A DNA stretch of 64,000 nt from an uncultured delta proteobacterium. GTDB lineage: Bacteria > Desulfobacterota > Binatia > UBA9968. The position numbers and the translations under genes were made by a program. Under the pieces are notes generated by a model. That model saw only the letters and a program-made list of their open reading frames with translations, was not told the DNA's origin and did not search any database. Below are positions 19,906 through 30,608 of this stretch, one piece after another. The first letter of the stretch is position 1, and every line of letters starts with the position of its first letter. The stretch covers positions 128,001 through 192,000 of the forward strand of contig CAVSLC010000011.1 in assembly GCA_963728565.1 (NCBI GenBank), given 5' to 3'.

Positions 19906-20901
19906 ATGCCCAAAGCACAAAAGACGAAACCCGCTACAAGAGCGGCTACGGTTCAGTTTGTCGAGCCAATGTACGCTCAGCTCGTCCAGCAGCTACCCGA
20001 AAGCAAAGACTGGCTGTATGAAGTTAAGTTCGATGGCTATCGCTGCCTTGCTGGAAAAGACGGCACAGGAGTTACGCTGTGGTCTAGGCGCGGCAATGAT
20101 CTGACGGCGCAATTCCCGAATATTGCTAAAGCGTGCGAACAGCTCCCACCCCGTACACTTATCGACGGTGAACTCGTAGCCATCGACGAGAACGGGTGTA
20201 TTTCATTCAATCTGCTTCAACATCATCGCTCGCGAGCACAAGCATTGCTGTTCTATGCGTTTGATGTGCTGATTTATCGCGGGATCAACCTGCTTAACGA
20301 ACCGCTCTCCAAACGCCGCGAAGTCCTGAGCGACCTGATCAAACCGCTCATCCAAAGAGCAACCGCAATCTCGTTATCAGAGAGCATCGATGCAACTTCC
20401 GCCGAACTGATCCAAGTCGTCAAAGAGTTTGGCTTCGAGGGTGTGATCGCCAAGCGCAAAGACTCCTTATACGAATACGGCAAGCGCAGCGGCGCATGGC
20501 TGAAATACAAGGTCAACAAATCACAGGAATTCGTTATCGGTGGGTATACGCCGGGCAATCCGCTCGATGCAGTGATCGTCGGTTACTATGACGGCGATAA
20601 GTTCATCTATGCAGCTAAAGTGAGAAATGGCTTCGTCCCGCAATTGCGTCGTGATGTCTGGCAGAAGTTGAAAGGATTGGAGATCGCCACCTGTCCGTTC
20701 GCCAACCTACCTGAGAAGAAACGCACGCAGTTTTCGCTCACCCGCGAAGAAATGAAGAACTGCATCTGGCTCAAGCCGCAGTTAGTTGCGCAGGTTGAGT
20801 TCACGGAATGGACACCTGATGGTCACCTACGGCACTCGAAGTTCGTTGGATTGCGAGATGATAAAGACCCACGTTGGGTAGTGAAGGAGGAACGCGGGTA
20901 A
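19906..20901 (+). CDS. ligD: ATP-dependent DNA ligase (LigD ligase domain)
   Basis: EVKFDGYR adenylation motif, EGVIAKR, WLKYK, EWTPDGHLRH. Confidence 0.9.
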   Translation: MPKAQKTKPATRAATVQFVEPMYAQLVQQLPESKDWLYEVKFDGYRCLAGKDGTGVTLWSRRGNDLTAQFPNIAKACEQLPPRTLIDGELVAIDENGCISFNLLQHHRSRAQALLFYAFDVLIYRGINLLNEPLSKRREVLSDLIKPLIQRATAISLSESIDATSAELIQVVKEFGFEGVIAKRKDSLYEYGKRSGAWLKYKVNKSQEFVIGGYTPGNPLDAVIVGYYDGDKFIYAAKVRNGFVPQLRRDVWQKLKGLEIATCPFANLPEKKRTQFSLTREEMKNCIWLKPQLVAQVEFTEWTPDGHLRHSKFVGLRDDKDPRWVVKEERG

Positions 20902-21009
20902 CGGAATAGAAAGACCGTGAGTGTTAGTTTTCTTTTTACGAGACACCGGTTATCGAGCCAGACTTTGATCTTGGGTCCATTTGAAGCCGTTACGGTGCTC
21001 AATCTCTTA

Positions 21010-21327
21010 CTATTGCCCTGTGAGCACGGAAAGTGACGCGACCTGCTTCCCCTCGGTATCGTAAACAAACAGGGCCTTACCACCTGCTGCCTTCCAAGTC
21101 TGCGCCCAATTATTCACCAACAACTCTTTTTCGGACTTCTTCAGAGCATCCCACTCATTATTCACATGTATGTCTACAGAGCCAGAGACCCATCCGCTTC
21201 TTTCGACTTTCGCTACGATCGGCTGTTCTTCAAGCCAAGACATAGCGCCCCCATTGCTCAACTGTGCCTCCGAATACGCCGTCACTAATAGGATCGACAA
21301 TGTAAGACATACGAACAGTTTTTTCAT
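21010..21327 (-). CDS. Small secreted hypothetical protein
   Basis: Signal peptide MKKLFVCLTLSILLVTAYSEA; GGAGG RBS. Confidence 0.65.
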   Translation of the reverse strand: MKKLFVCLTLSILLVTAYSEAQLSNGGAMSWLEEQPIVAKVERSGWVSGSVDIHVNNEWDALKKSEKELLVNNWAQTWKAAGGKALFVYDTEGKQVASLSVLTGQ

Positions 21328-21643
21328 AGTTCCTCCAAACAGGCGAGATTATGCCTATCCCGTTTAAAAATGAGCGCGGGGCGAGACGGGAACCCTGAAC
21401 CGCAATGAAGATGCCAATGAGATTTGCGGAATGATTTGTTTATTCAGAGGAAAGTTGCGAACGATAGGCCGCAAATTACGCTCGCAATAGGCCCCGCGTA
21501 CGAAAATTCGTAGCCACAGATCGTTATTGTTGCTTCCTGAAAATTTTCAGTATAGTCGCGCGAATAGACGACTCACCGCCTGAACAGTACAACGGGTTCT
21601 TAGCCGATGGCTCAGTCACGATTGCCCATCCACACTACAATTC

Positions 21644-22006
21644 GTGGCAGTCGGTTTCGCGGAGGATCGTGGCGGCAACAGTATTGAGGTGCGCTTCAAT
21701 GGGAGGAAAGAGAACCTGCACTCGCTGTGGGACACCGCGCTTGTTGAGTTGGAGCAAGGCACTCCCGCAGAGATCGCGGCCCGAATCCAAGCTGCGGTCA
21801 CCGACGATGATCGGCAGCAATTGGAGCAAGGATACCTGCGGATTGGGGCTTGAGTCGTGGGGATAGTCAGGGCGCAAGGTATCGGCTACCTGCATCTGGC
21901 GAGATTACTGCAAGCTAACGTCGAAGCGGCACTCGCTGTGATTCGGACTCGGTTAGCGCACGCGGGAGCGTGACTGGGATTGCTGCTTAATCAGAACTTT
22001 CAGTAA
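21644..22006 (+). pseudogene. S1/P1 nuclease C-terminal remnant
   Basis: DRGGN...NLHSLWD motif, then fragments RLAHAGA..LLLN with stops and frameshifts. Confidence 0.75.
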
Positions 22007-22093
22007 CAGCGGGGTAAGGGTCCTCGTTACTAAATTTTGAATACCCAAAAACTTTCTGGACAGGCTATATCGAACAGCGGTAAAAATCAGCGC

Positions 22094-23080
22094 ATGAAGA
22101 CTATTCTATTGATGATTAGTTTTGTCTTAGCGACTTATCAATTTGCCGAGGCGCAGCAGGCGACGAAAGTTCCCCACATCGGATACTTAGAGGGCGGTCC
22201 CCTTTCCGCTCACACGTCCCGCATGGAGGCGTTCCGTCAGGGATTGCGCGAGCTTGGCTACGAAGAAGGGAAAAACATTCTTATTGAGTGGCGATTTGGC
22301 GACAGCAAACTCGATCGCCTCCCGGCGCTTGCGACCGAGTTAGTGGGTCTCAAGGTAGCTGTCATCGTTACGGGTGGTACGGCACCGACCCGTGCTGCTA
22401 AGCGAGCAACCTCTATGATTCCCATTGTGATGGCACAGGATAATGATCCAGTTGCAAGCGGAGTCGTCGAAAGCCTTGCGCGACCCGGCGGAAATATCAG
22501 CGGGCTGACTAACTTTGCCCCAGAGCTAAGCACCAAACGACTGGAGATGTTGCGAGAGGTCGTCCCAAAGCTCTCCCGTGTCGCCGTCCTCGGGGTGTCG
22601 ACCGGCCCATCGACCGGCCCAACCAGCGCACTAGTAATTAAAGAGCTGGAACTCGCCGCAAAGCTCCTGGGAGTGAAGCTTCAATATTTAGACATTTTAG
22701 AACCTAAGGATGTTGAGACTGCATTTCGAGCCGCAAACGAGGGGCGTGCAGACGGAATCACGACGGCTCCTAATGTCATGGTTGTTTCTCAGCGAGCACA
22801 GATTGTAGAACTTGCGGCAAAGAACCGGCTTCCCGGGATTTATCACAATAGCCAGTTTGCGGAGGCCGGTGGGCTGATGTTTTATGGCGTTAACGTTTTC
22901 GACTTGGATCGCCGGGCGGCCGCCTACGTGGACAAAATCCTTAAGGGAGCCAAGCCTGCTGACCTCCCCGTGGACCAGCCAACGAAGTTCGAGTTCGTGA
23001 TCAATCTCAAAACCGCAAAGCAAATCGGCCTGACCATTCCTCCGAACGTGTTGGCGCGAGCGGACAGAGTCATCAAATAG
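22094..23080 (+). CDS. ABC transporter substrate-binding protein (PF04392 type), orphan
   Basis: AFRQGLRELGY, SLARPGGNISG, GAKPADLPV, INLKTAKQIGLTIPPNVLARADRVIK. Confidence 0.9.
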   Translation: MKTILLMISFVLATYQFAEAQQATKVPHIGYLEGGPLSAHTSRMEAFRQGLRELGYEEGKNILIEWRFGDSKLDRLPALATELVGLKVAVIVTGGTAPTRAAKRATSMIPIVMAQDNDPVASGVVESLARPGGNISGLTNFAPELSTKRLEMLREVVPKLSRVAVLGVSTGPSTGPTSALVIKELELAAKLLGVKLQYLDILEPKDVETAFRAANEGRADGITTAPNVMVVSQRAQIVELAAKNRLPGIYHNSQFAEAGGLMFYGVNVFDLDRRAAAYVDKILKGAKPADLPVDQPTKFEFVINLKTAKQIGLTIPPNVLARADRVIK

Positions 23081-23490
23081 GAGTCACGATGGCAGAACTC
23101 GACAAAGGCAAAACCGATCACTCCAAGGACTCAGGGTCTCAACCCTCGCCATGACAGATGCACTCGCAAAGCTTCTGATCGAGGTAGAGAAGCGCCGTAG
23201 ATAAGGTCAGCTCCTATCTCAAACCGACCCAAATCCGTGCAACGTGATTTTGTCACGGTAGAGAATCACCCGAGCGTTAAACAGGGTGAGTATCTCAAGA
23301 AAGATTTAACGGTGATTTGGGCGGGCTGGTATCATTCGTATTGCGGATGGAGTGCTGTGGAACACGCAAGTCAGCGCACAAGATGAACCAGCAGTTGCTG
23401 GTCACCGATGATTGACCTTCTTAAATTTTCAGCAGCCGCGAGATTGGATCCGCCACAACATTAAGAGATGTCAAAAGCTTCGATCTAACT

Positions 23491-23711
23491 CTACTCGGCT
23501 TCGCCTTCAGCCGCCGCCTTGAGGCGGCGCTGGCGAACGGCATCGTGCGAGATCCTCTACCAATTTACGGGTGTCTTCCCAGCCGACACACGCGTCTGTG
23601 ATGCTTAAACCGTAGACGAGTTCTTTGCCCGGCATCAGATCTTGACGGCCTGCTTTGAGATGACTTTCGATCATAACGCCGAAGATGCGAGCATCGCCGT
23701 CGGCAATTTGG
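23491..23711 (-). pseudogene. Duplicated 3' end of aroF
   Basis: About 95% identical by eye to 30971-31190 (about 10 substitutions and one insertion). Confidence 0.92.
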
Positions 23712-23819
23712 GTTGCTTCAAAAAACCTTTGCGAAAAGTTTTTAGTGCGTGGGATGGGTGTCCGTCTGAAACACTTATGCTCGTCGTTTCGCAAAGAGGG
23801 AGGCCAGTGATTAACCGAA

Positions 23820-25565
23820 TCAATTTAATGCTCCTGCGCCGATCCTGAGCAGGTGATAGCGCCCCCGCGGATTTCCGCTCGGTGCAGGGGCCAAACTGAC
23901 CGGCGTGCCGGTCGAAATCAGAGACGTGTCTTTGCTGTGAAACTTGAAATCGCTGGTATTGTACAAATAGGACGGATCCAACAAGGCATAGTCGAACAGG
24001 AGCTGATTCGAAAACAAAGTTACGCTTTCGGTCAAAAAGTCGACCAACCTTGAGTTGTTGTTTGTGCCAATAGTTAGAAAGAGGCCTGCGTCACGGCTCA
24101 CCGTCGTAAGCACATGCAGTCCCTCGTCGGTAAATTCTTTCACAGCATCAATACGAGATAGCTCGGGATTCCATGCCACCAACTTTGTCCGCTGGCTGGA
24201 AGTCGAATCGCTCTGGGCTTGGCTCATAAGAAATACCAGCTTCTCAGTTGCTGCCGTAGGTGTGGTTCGCAGCACGCCGGCACCAAACTCGCCGATGTTG
24301 TTAGGCGCAAATCTTGGCCCGGGAGCCACAACAATGCGAAAGCCCTGGACCGGATTATCGGCATCACCACAGTCGACAGGAAAGTTTAGGAGACTGCCGG
24401 AACTCGACGGCGCCGAGCCGAATTCGAGTTGAGCGATCTCGGCACGGTTCTGCGTTAGCTGGGTTTGAACATGAGGCGGGCTGACCGATTGGCTGGCAAG
24501 CACATGCATTGCATTTAGCCGTTCCACTGTACAGAAATTTTGGTTATGGCCCGGAGAAGTAGCAAAATCACCTGCGGTCCATGGCGTAATAGCGCCATCC
24601 TGTGGTCCGCCAACATACTGCGTCGTCGACAATACTCGATACGTCATCGTCGCGCTCGTCGGATTGGGCTGATAAACCGTTCGACCGTTGCTGTGATTCA
24701 TCACAATAGTGGGCGGAGCGGTATTCGCCAAAATCTGGCCAGTTGTTACATCGACTAATGCCCAGATCGGCCCAAGTTCTGGCAAGGCGAACGGAACCTG
24801 CACTGAAGGTAGGTCAATGATCGAAGGGCCGGCGCTTCCGCTCCCTCCCGCGCCAAGTGTCCGTGAAGAAAAGGTGGCGATCCCAAGATTGTTGGTCGTA
24901 AAATTAATTTGGACAAGCGCCAGAGGTCTCCCGTCGGCGGTGAGATGGATACTCCAGATGTTCCAATTGTACTGAGACGCACCACTGCCGAAGGCGTGAG
25001 AGGATTCATTCAACAAGAGCGGGTAACTAAGACTGGCGGACTTTATTTCATCGACAAGTAGGCTTATCCCGTAGGTGACTTGAGAAGGCCCAAGGGTGTA
25101 GAAACCCGCCGTCGGATTGTCTACCTCCGTTGGCACCCAGGTTTGAACACCCTTGATTTGTTTCCACAGCAGATGTTGCTTGTAAGGCAACGTATGCGAA
25201 AACTGCGCGTTGGTGCCAATGTCTACACCCATGGGAAACGAGTACTGCTGTATGCTCTGAATATCCACCTCATTGTTCGCAGCGAGTGGGATATGCGTCG
25301 CTCCGACGAGTCGATTGATTCTGAATGTGTAAAATAAGTTCGGCTGCCCTGGTCCTATACGGCTCCGCCCCACAAGCGTGTTACCGCTATCGCCCCACTG
25401 GAGATCGTCGAGGTTGGATTTCAAGAGTGGCAACGGAAACGCGCCGCTGGAATTTCTAAGGTACCAACGGATCGAATCCGAAAAGATTTGCTCAACCCGC
25501 TGCGGGCTAAGAGACCTTCCCGATAACAGCGCCGGGAAAATCGTCTTGTGGCGCTTCGTCGCCAA
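23820..25565 (-). CDS. C-terminal part of a large secreted protein (frameshifted continuation of 25507-26967)
   Basis: Junction GGG AAG GTC T CTT AGC CCG CAG CGG GTT GAG: removing one T fuses GAVIGKV to LSPQRVEQIF. Confidence 0.65.
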   Translation of the reverse strand: MATKRHKTIFPALLSGRSLSPQRVEQIFSDSIRWYLRNSSGAFPLPLLKSNLDDLQWGDSGNTLVGRSRIGPGQPNLFYTFRINRLVGATHIPLAANNEVDIQSIQQYSFPMGVDIGTNAQFSHTLPYKQHLLWKQIKGVQTWVPTEVDNPTAGFYTLGPSQVTYGISLLVDEIKSASLSYPLLLNESSHAFGSGASQYNWNIWSIHLTADGRPLALVQINFTTNNLGIATFSSRTLGAGGSGSAGPSIIDLPSVQVPFALPELGPIWALVDVTTGQILANTAPPTIVMNHSNGRTVYQPNPTSATMTYRVLSTTQYVGGPQDGAITPWTAGDFATSPGHNQNFCTVERLNAMHVLASQSVSPPHVQTQLTQNRAEIAQLEFGSAPSSSGSLLNFPVDCGDADNPVQGFRIVVAPGPRFAPNNIGEFGAGVLRTTPTAATEKLVFLMSQAQSDSTSSQRTKLVAWNPELSRIDAVKEFTDEGLHVLTTVSRDAGLFLTIGTNNNSRLVDFLTESVTLFSNQLLFDYALLDPSYLYNTSDFKFHSKDTSLISTGTPVSLAPAPSGNPRGRYHLLRIGAGALN

Positions 25566-26967
25566 GTTTTCCCTTGTAAACGGCCATTAACTTGTCGCTA
25601 TTACCGGGCAATCTAAAAACAGCCGATATCGGCTGGCCGGGGTTTGCCGTTACCGTATTTGTGCCAACTGGTGTAGCCGCAATTCGTGCTCCGTTAGAAT
25701 CTTCGCTGTAGAGTTCGAGAGTTCCGCCATCGAGTTTGTCGGTCGAACCGTTGGTTCCCTCAACCCGCACCAGTGACATATCGGTGGGATCGTTTGATAC
25801 GTCGACATTGAGCTTGCCGCGAAAGAAATAGTCGAGCAGGCTCGCCGAATACCCGACCGCGCGGGGAAGAAGAAATCTCGCGTAATCCGCATGAACACGG
25901 TCGTCCAAGACCCAGCTACTTGAGATTCCTGGAGATAGGTTGAAGGCTCGTAACGACCTTCTCAGCATGCCCTCGCGGACGAAGCGAGTCACTGTTTCTC
26001 CCGTTAGTAGTGGCCTCGAGAAATACCTTTGCACGCGCCCGTCGACGATTTCATCGATCGGTTGTTCCAAGACGAGATCGCTAGCGCGGGGTAATGCGAA
26101 ATCACGAAAGATCGTGCTCCTGCTCAAGAAATTTCCATTGGTAATTTCAGTAATTCCCAGCGCTGGGTCGGACAGAATGCCAGAGTTTCCGGCTTCCAAC
26201 CGATCGGTATCGAACAATCGAGCGACAGGAGAGGGTGCCCGACCGTTACCCGTAGCGCTAAATATGGATAACGGCGGTGCCTTGGGGGCCAAACTGATAA
26301 TAGCATTTACGGGACCCTGATTGTTTAGTGCCCATGTTTCGTAGCCATCGGGAGTCGGAAACTGAAAATTTGTAAAAGGTAAAATTACATTCAGGTGAGG
26401 ATCCTCACGTACATGCGCCGGCACGGTTGCGTCCTGCAATAAATGTGTGCCCTGCCCAAGAGATCGGAATAGATTGGCAAAGGCCCTTTCTCTTTGACTT
26501 TCGGTGCTTCCCGCCAGCGCTTCAAGATACTGCTTTCTGGCGTTTTGCCAGGACCAGCTCCCGGTGCCCGCCAATAAATAACCATCCTGACGTGAGTCCT
26601 GATTCCACAGGAGGGACGACTCGCCGAGTTTAATTCCAAAAAGTAGTCCTGATTCCGCCCAAGGTCGCAAAGGATTATGAAAATGATGTCGGACTCTCGT
26701 AGCAGGAATGTCCTCAGTTCGCGCTCCCAAGGTAATCCAATCGTTCACGGATCGCCCTAAAATAAGCTCATCAACTCCACGTACCAGCCCCAAATCCTGT
26801 CGCAAATATGACTGCAGTAAGGAAACGCTCACTGCCCGTTCCGTAATCACCTGGTGGGTTGGAAGATCATACCCATAAAGTCGCGTTCCGTTGATCGTAA
26901 GTGACATTGTCGACAAAAAAACCAGGACCCCAAATGCTTTTACTTTATCCACATCGCACTCCTTCAA
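25507..26967 (-). CDS. Secreted Zn-dependent phospholipase C/P1-nuclease-like protein, N-terminal part
   Basis: Signal-like N-terminus, TH, ED, HHFH and LGQGTHLLQDATVPAH metal-ligand pattern. Confidence 0.65.
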   Translation of the reverse strand: MKECDVDKVKAFGVLVFLSTMSLTINGTRLYGYDLPTHQVITERAVSVSLLQSYLRQDLGLVRGVDELILGRSVNDWITLGARTEDIPATRVRHHFHNPLRPWAESGLLFGIKLGESSLLWNQDSRQDGYLLAGTGSWSWQNARKQYLEALAGSTESQRERAFANLFRSLGQGTHLLQDATVPAHVREDPHLNVILPFTNFQFPTPDGYETWALNNQGPVNAIISLAPKAPPLSIFSATGNGRAPSPVARLFDTDRLEAGNSGILSDPALGITEITNGNFLSRSTIFRDFALPRASDLVLEQPIDEIVDGRVQRYFSRPLLTGETVTRFVREGMLRRSLRAFNLSPGISSSWVLDDRVHADYARFLLPRAVGYSASLLDYFFRGKLNVDVSNDPTDMSLVRVEGTNGSTDKLDGGTLELYSEDSNGARIAATPVGTNTVTANPGQPISAVFRLPGNSDKLMAVYKGKLGDEAPQDDFPGAVIGKVS

Positions 26968-27599
26968 TTAGGGTAGGGCTCGAGCCCCAATGTGATACGC
27001 TCTCGATTAACGGAATCGAGGTATTTCATCATGCGATCGGATGGTACACCGTGAGGCCGCGTCGAGCGTACGAATTCCAATCTTTGTTCACTGGTTCTTA
27101 TTAGCGGCAACTCCAACACGGTCCCCTCGGCGGTAAATCGCCGCCATTCGGCTCGAGTTCGTTCGGCGCTGACGATCGCATCTTTGAGACCCCAGCTGTC
27201 GAAATCGCGAAATTGCCAGCGCCCGTAACCGGACTTAAAGATAAAGAATTCAGGTCCGTAAATCTCACTAAACGGATTAACCGTCCATGTCTGTCGTGCC
27301 CGGATGACGAATCGCCCTTCCGCATCTGTCACGACCTCTTCCGAGTCGTAGTATTCATTACCACCCATTTCGCCGACGAAACTTGCGTAGCGCTTTTCCC
27401 ACCGGGCCAATACAACTGCTCCTTCCAAGGGCTTGCCAGTTTCTTTGTCGACAACCTGCCCTTTCCATGGGCCGGCGGATTCCGACATAACGGGAAAGCA
27501 AACGCTTGCGATCAACAGCGTCACAACAAAGGCTCTGAGTGACGTGAATGTTCCTGATAATCTCGACATTTTCTCGTTCATAAACCTCAACTCCAGCAA
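26964..27599 (-). CDS. Secreted protein with carboxypeptidase-regulatory-like domain
   Basis: Signal peptide, GQVVDKETGKPLEGAVV, TDAEGRF, FKSGY. Confidence 0.75.
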   Translation of the reverse strand: MLELRFMNEKMSRLSGTFTSLRAFVVTLLIASVCFPVMSESAGPWKGQVVDKETGKPLEGAVVLARWEKRYASFVGEMGGNEYYDSEEVVTDAEGRFVIRARQTWTVNPFSEIYGPEFFIFKSGYGRWQFRDFDSWGLKDAIVSAERTRAEWRRFTAEGTVLELPLIRTSEQRLEFVRSTRPHGVPSDRMMKYLDSVNRERITLGLEPYPN

Positions 27600-27661
27600 A
27601 AGTTCTTAGCCGGGATTATAATCGTTCAGATTGTCCATGTCTCTCTGGACCAAAGATCCAG

Positions 27662-30232
27662 CTAGAATGACGCGACCCGCCAGAAGCCGTCGACATCCAT
27701 CGCAAATCTCACTTCAAAGGACATCACTATCCCGTCATCGGTGCGCGCTGCTTCATAGACCGCTTCGTTATCGCCGATTCGCACAAGCGATACGGATGTA
27801 AGGATTTCATCGATAAGGGGTAGCTGCGCAGAAATGATTTGGAATCCTTCCTCGTATATCGGCCGTGCTCGAGCGACAATCTGCGACACCGCAGCAGGGA
27901 TATCACCGGAGCGCAGAGCATCTTTCATTGCGAGCCATCTTGCTTGCAGGATCCCATCCAACTGGGTTGGATCAAGCACTTGGACGACCGCATTTGCGGC
28001 TAGCTGATTACCCTGAAGATCGGTAGCATTGGCGGTCGCGACATATATGCCGGGCTGGGCGAACGTGAATGACTGCTGTGTCAAACGTGCTCCTGTGAAA
28101 TCGACATTACCGTCGCCATTCGCATCAAGGGCCACCTGTAGAAACTCAACATCACCAAAGAGTGAGAACGTCGCAGTAAGCGGCGCCGGTCCGTTTGTCG
28201 GCAAGACATGAAGAATTGTTGGTGACGGCGCGGCAGTAAGTATTGTGATGGGAATGGTCTGGGTGGCGCTGTTGCCGTTTTTAGCAGTGACTATGGCAGT
28301 GAGGCTGGTAGTTTCCGGTGACAAAAACACTAACCCGACAAACGCATTTTGCTGAATGGCAGTGGGAACACCATTCACCGTCACGCCTACCTCACCTCCA
28401 GTGAGATTTGTTATCGATCCACGCACAATGAGCTGGCCTGACGGCACGGTCGCGCCATGGGTCGGAGTCGTGATGCTGATCGCCAGCCCAGCTGTCACGG
28501 TGATTCTTACGCTCTCTGATGCCGCCCCGCCTTTGCCATCGCTTACGGCTACGGTGAGACTGAATGAGCCTACTTGGCTTGCAACCGGTGTGAACGCGAA
28601 TACTCGCGTGCCGGGATCGAACGCAGCGTTTGCCGGTAAAGGCGCAACGGAGTAGATCAAAGGGTCATCGTCCGGATCGCTTGCGCTGACGGTGATTTGA
28701 AGAGTGCTTCCAACCATGACTGTTCTGTCGCCAACGGATGAAAGCACCGGCGGCTGGTTTGGTTTGGTAACTGTAATGTCGACGCTTGCCGAGCTATCTA
28801 CCAAGCCGTCGCTGACCGTGAGTTGAAACGTCAGAATCGTCAGTCCTTGAACCGTTGGCGCTGTCAATACCGGGCTGGCGGCAGTAGGATTTGAAATTGT
28901 CACGCCGGGACCAGCCGTCTGTGTCCAGTGATGGCTAATCGAATCGCCGTCAGGATCGAAGCTGTTAGTACCGTTGAGACTGACGATCGTGCCGGATGTC
29001 ACTGTCATTGGTTGCCCGGCGTTGGCCACTGGCGACTGATTGGCGATCAGATATTCGTGAGCGCCGATATCAAACTGTGCATGATTTCCGCGTTTTCCGA
29101 TTCTCGGGCGGGTGAGATCGATATAGTAGTCGGCCTCTAAGATCGAGTTAAAGAGCGGGCTTAGGCCCAGAATGCGGGAGTCTAGGCCGCTGTCGAGTGC
29201 AGGTGAAACGATGGACAACCTATAATCGTCGTCTCCCGTGTTTGCGATACCATCAGGACCTTTCATATCTGCCAGCACATTCTCCGCGTTGTTGCAGCCC
29301 GCGCTGGAACCAAAGCCTGAGCCCTCAGTTCCCTGCGGCGAGAGATTGCCGGAATCCGAACTATCCAGAGCTGGTCCAAAAATCTCTCCCTGCTGATTCC
29401 CGCAAACCAGGTTATTCAGCAGATGAACGCGCTCAGGTGTTGGCCCGCTCGAGCTTTCAATCTGAACGCCGAAACGGCCGCCACTATTCCCCGAGCCAGT
29501 CCCGTTCTGATTGATGATATTGTTGACGAGAAATACGTCCCTGCCCGATGCGATAGAGACACCGTTCCATTGGTTGGCGAATATGGTGTTGTTGATGATG
29601 TAGTGAGGACCGCCGTCGCCATCGACCATGGCTATTCCGTTGCGTCCATTGGCGTGTATCAGGTTATTGACGATAAGCGTCTCCGGGTTGCCCCGAGCGA
29701 TACTGATGCCGCCATTACATGAACTACTACCGTTCCCGTAAATGCGGTTTTCGACGATATTTATGCCCTGATTACCATTAGTCCCACCCATCATGAAGAT
29801 TGCTTCAGCGCCGGTGCCGGTGATGGTTAGGCCTCGAATCGTAACAAACTTAGAGCGCCTGATACGTATGGCAAACCGGTTAGTACATTGGGCACCCGCG
29901 GATCCAGTCAATACAACCGCGCCGGGAGCGCTCGCCGGGTCGGCCTCGACAACAATGCGATCCAACTCCCGCGCACTGGTAAAATCATTCTTTTGAATGT
30001 TGAGCTGTTCGGGATACGTTCCAGCCTGTATCCGGACCGTGTCACCCGACCCCGAGACGTCAATCGCCGTCTGAATTGTCGCGTAACAGGGAGACTTGCC
30101 GTTGCAGGTCCTGTCAATTTTGTTGACGTAGAGGATTCTCCCGAGTTGTTGTGCTGGTACAACGCGGGAGAGAACAAGCGAAAGTAAGGCAGAAATCGCA
30201 ACAGTGAAGCAGAAGCAAAGCTGTCTTGTCAT
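27662..30232 (-). CDS. Large secreted protein: right-handed beta-helix, PKD/Ig repeats, C-terminal NTF2-like domain
   Basis: Signal peptide, TIQTAID...AGTY, NN-x-I-x-x-N repeats, NQSPVANAG and NQPPV Ig starts, WLAMKDAL...DGFWRVASF. Confidence 0.8.
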   Translation of the reverse strand: MTRQLCFCFTVAISALLSLVLSRVVPAQQLGRILYVNKIDRTCNGKSPCYATIQTAIDVSGSGDTVRIQAGTYPEQLNIQKNDFTSARELDRIVVEADPASAPGAVVLTGSAGAQCTNRFAIRIRRSKFVTIRGLTITGTGAEAIFMMGGTNGNQGINIVENRIYGNGSSSCNGGISIARGNPETLIVNNLIHANGRNGIAMVDGDGGPHYIINNTIFANQWNGVSIASGRDVFLVNNIINQNGTGSGNSGGRFGVQIESSSGPTPERVHLLNNLVCGNQQGEIFGPALDSSDSGNLSPQGTEGSGFGSSAGCNNAENVLADMKGPDGIANTGDDDYRLSIVSPALDSGLDSRILGLSPLFNSILEADYYIDLTRPRIGKRGNHAQFDIGAHEYLIANQSPVANAGQPMTVTSGTIVSLNGTNSFDPDGDSISHHWTQTAGPGVTISNPTAASPVLTAPTVQGLTILTFQLTVSDGLVDSSASVDITVTKPNQPPVLSSVGDRTVMVGSTLQITVSASDPDDDPLIYSVAPLPANAAFDPGTRVFAFTPVASQVGSFSLTVAVSDGKGGAASESVRITVTAGLAISITTPTHGATVPSGQLIVRGSITNLTGGEVGVTVNGVPTAIQQNAFVGLVFLSPETTSLTAIVTAKNGNSATQTIPITILTAAPSPTILHVLPTNGPAPLTATFSLFGDVEFLQVALDANGDGNVDFTGARLTQQSFTFAQPGIYVATANATDLQGNQLAANAVVQVLDPTQLDGILQARWLAMKDALRSGDIPAAVSQIVARARPIYEEGFQIISAQLPLIDEILTSVSLVRIGDNEAVYEAARTDDGIVMSFEVRFAMDVDGFWRVASF

Positions 30233-30608
30233 TAGCGCCCTCGGTGTCGCGTCGAGTAGTTATTAATCGTGGGGCAGTCATAGAGCCGTTGAAGTGTTAG
30301 CTGCGACGGGGCGACTTATTCGAAATGAAAGTGGATGTCAAGCAGTGGCTGCGTATTGCAGAGTTTAGCTATATCTTTGTTCACCTCATAAAAAGCAACT
30401 CAATAATGCGATTGGCTGCTCACTGACAACAAGTATTGTGCGGGCTTATCGCAACATGATAATCCCCGGTGGAAATCATCATCAGTGAAAAGGATTGAGA
30501 GTATCTCAAGGAGTCTAACCGTGATTTGATCGGCACGGAATTATTTGGTTGGATGGCAACGTCGGACGGGCAAGTCACAGGACAAGATCAAGCACTCGCG
30601 GGTTAATT

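Noticed and set aside
17611-23270. 15-bp inverted match CGGTAGAGAATCACC (17611-17625 versus 23256-23270) as transposon ends
   Set aside because: A single 15-mer match can arise by chance in 64 kb, flanking similarity is weak, and there is no target duplication or transposase.
23507-23794. 95-aa ORF as a second DAHP synthase
   Set aside because: Only the 3' 220 bp are homologous, there is a frameshift, and the catalytic N-terminus is missing.
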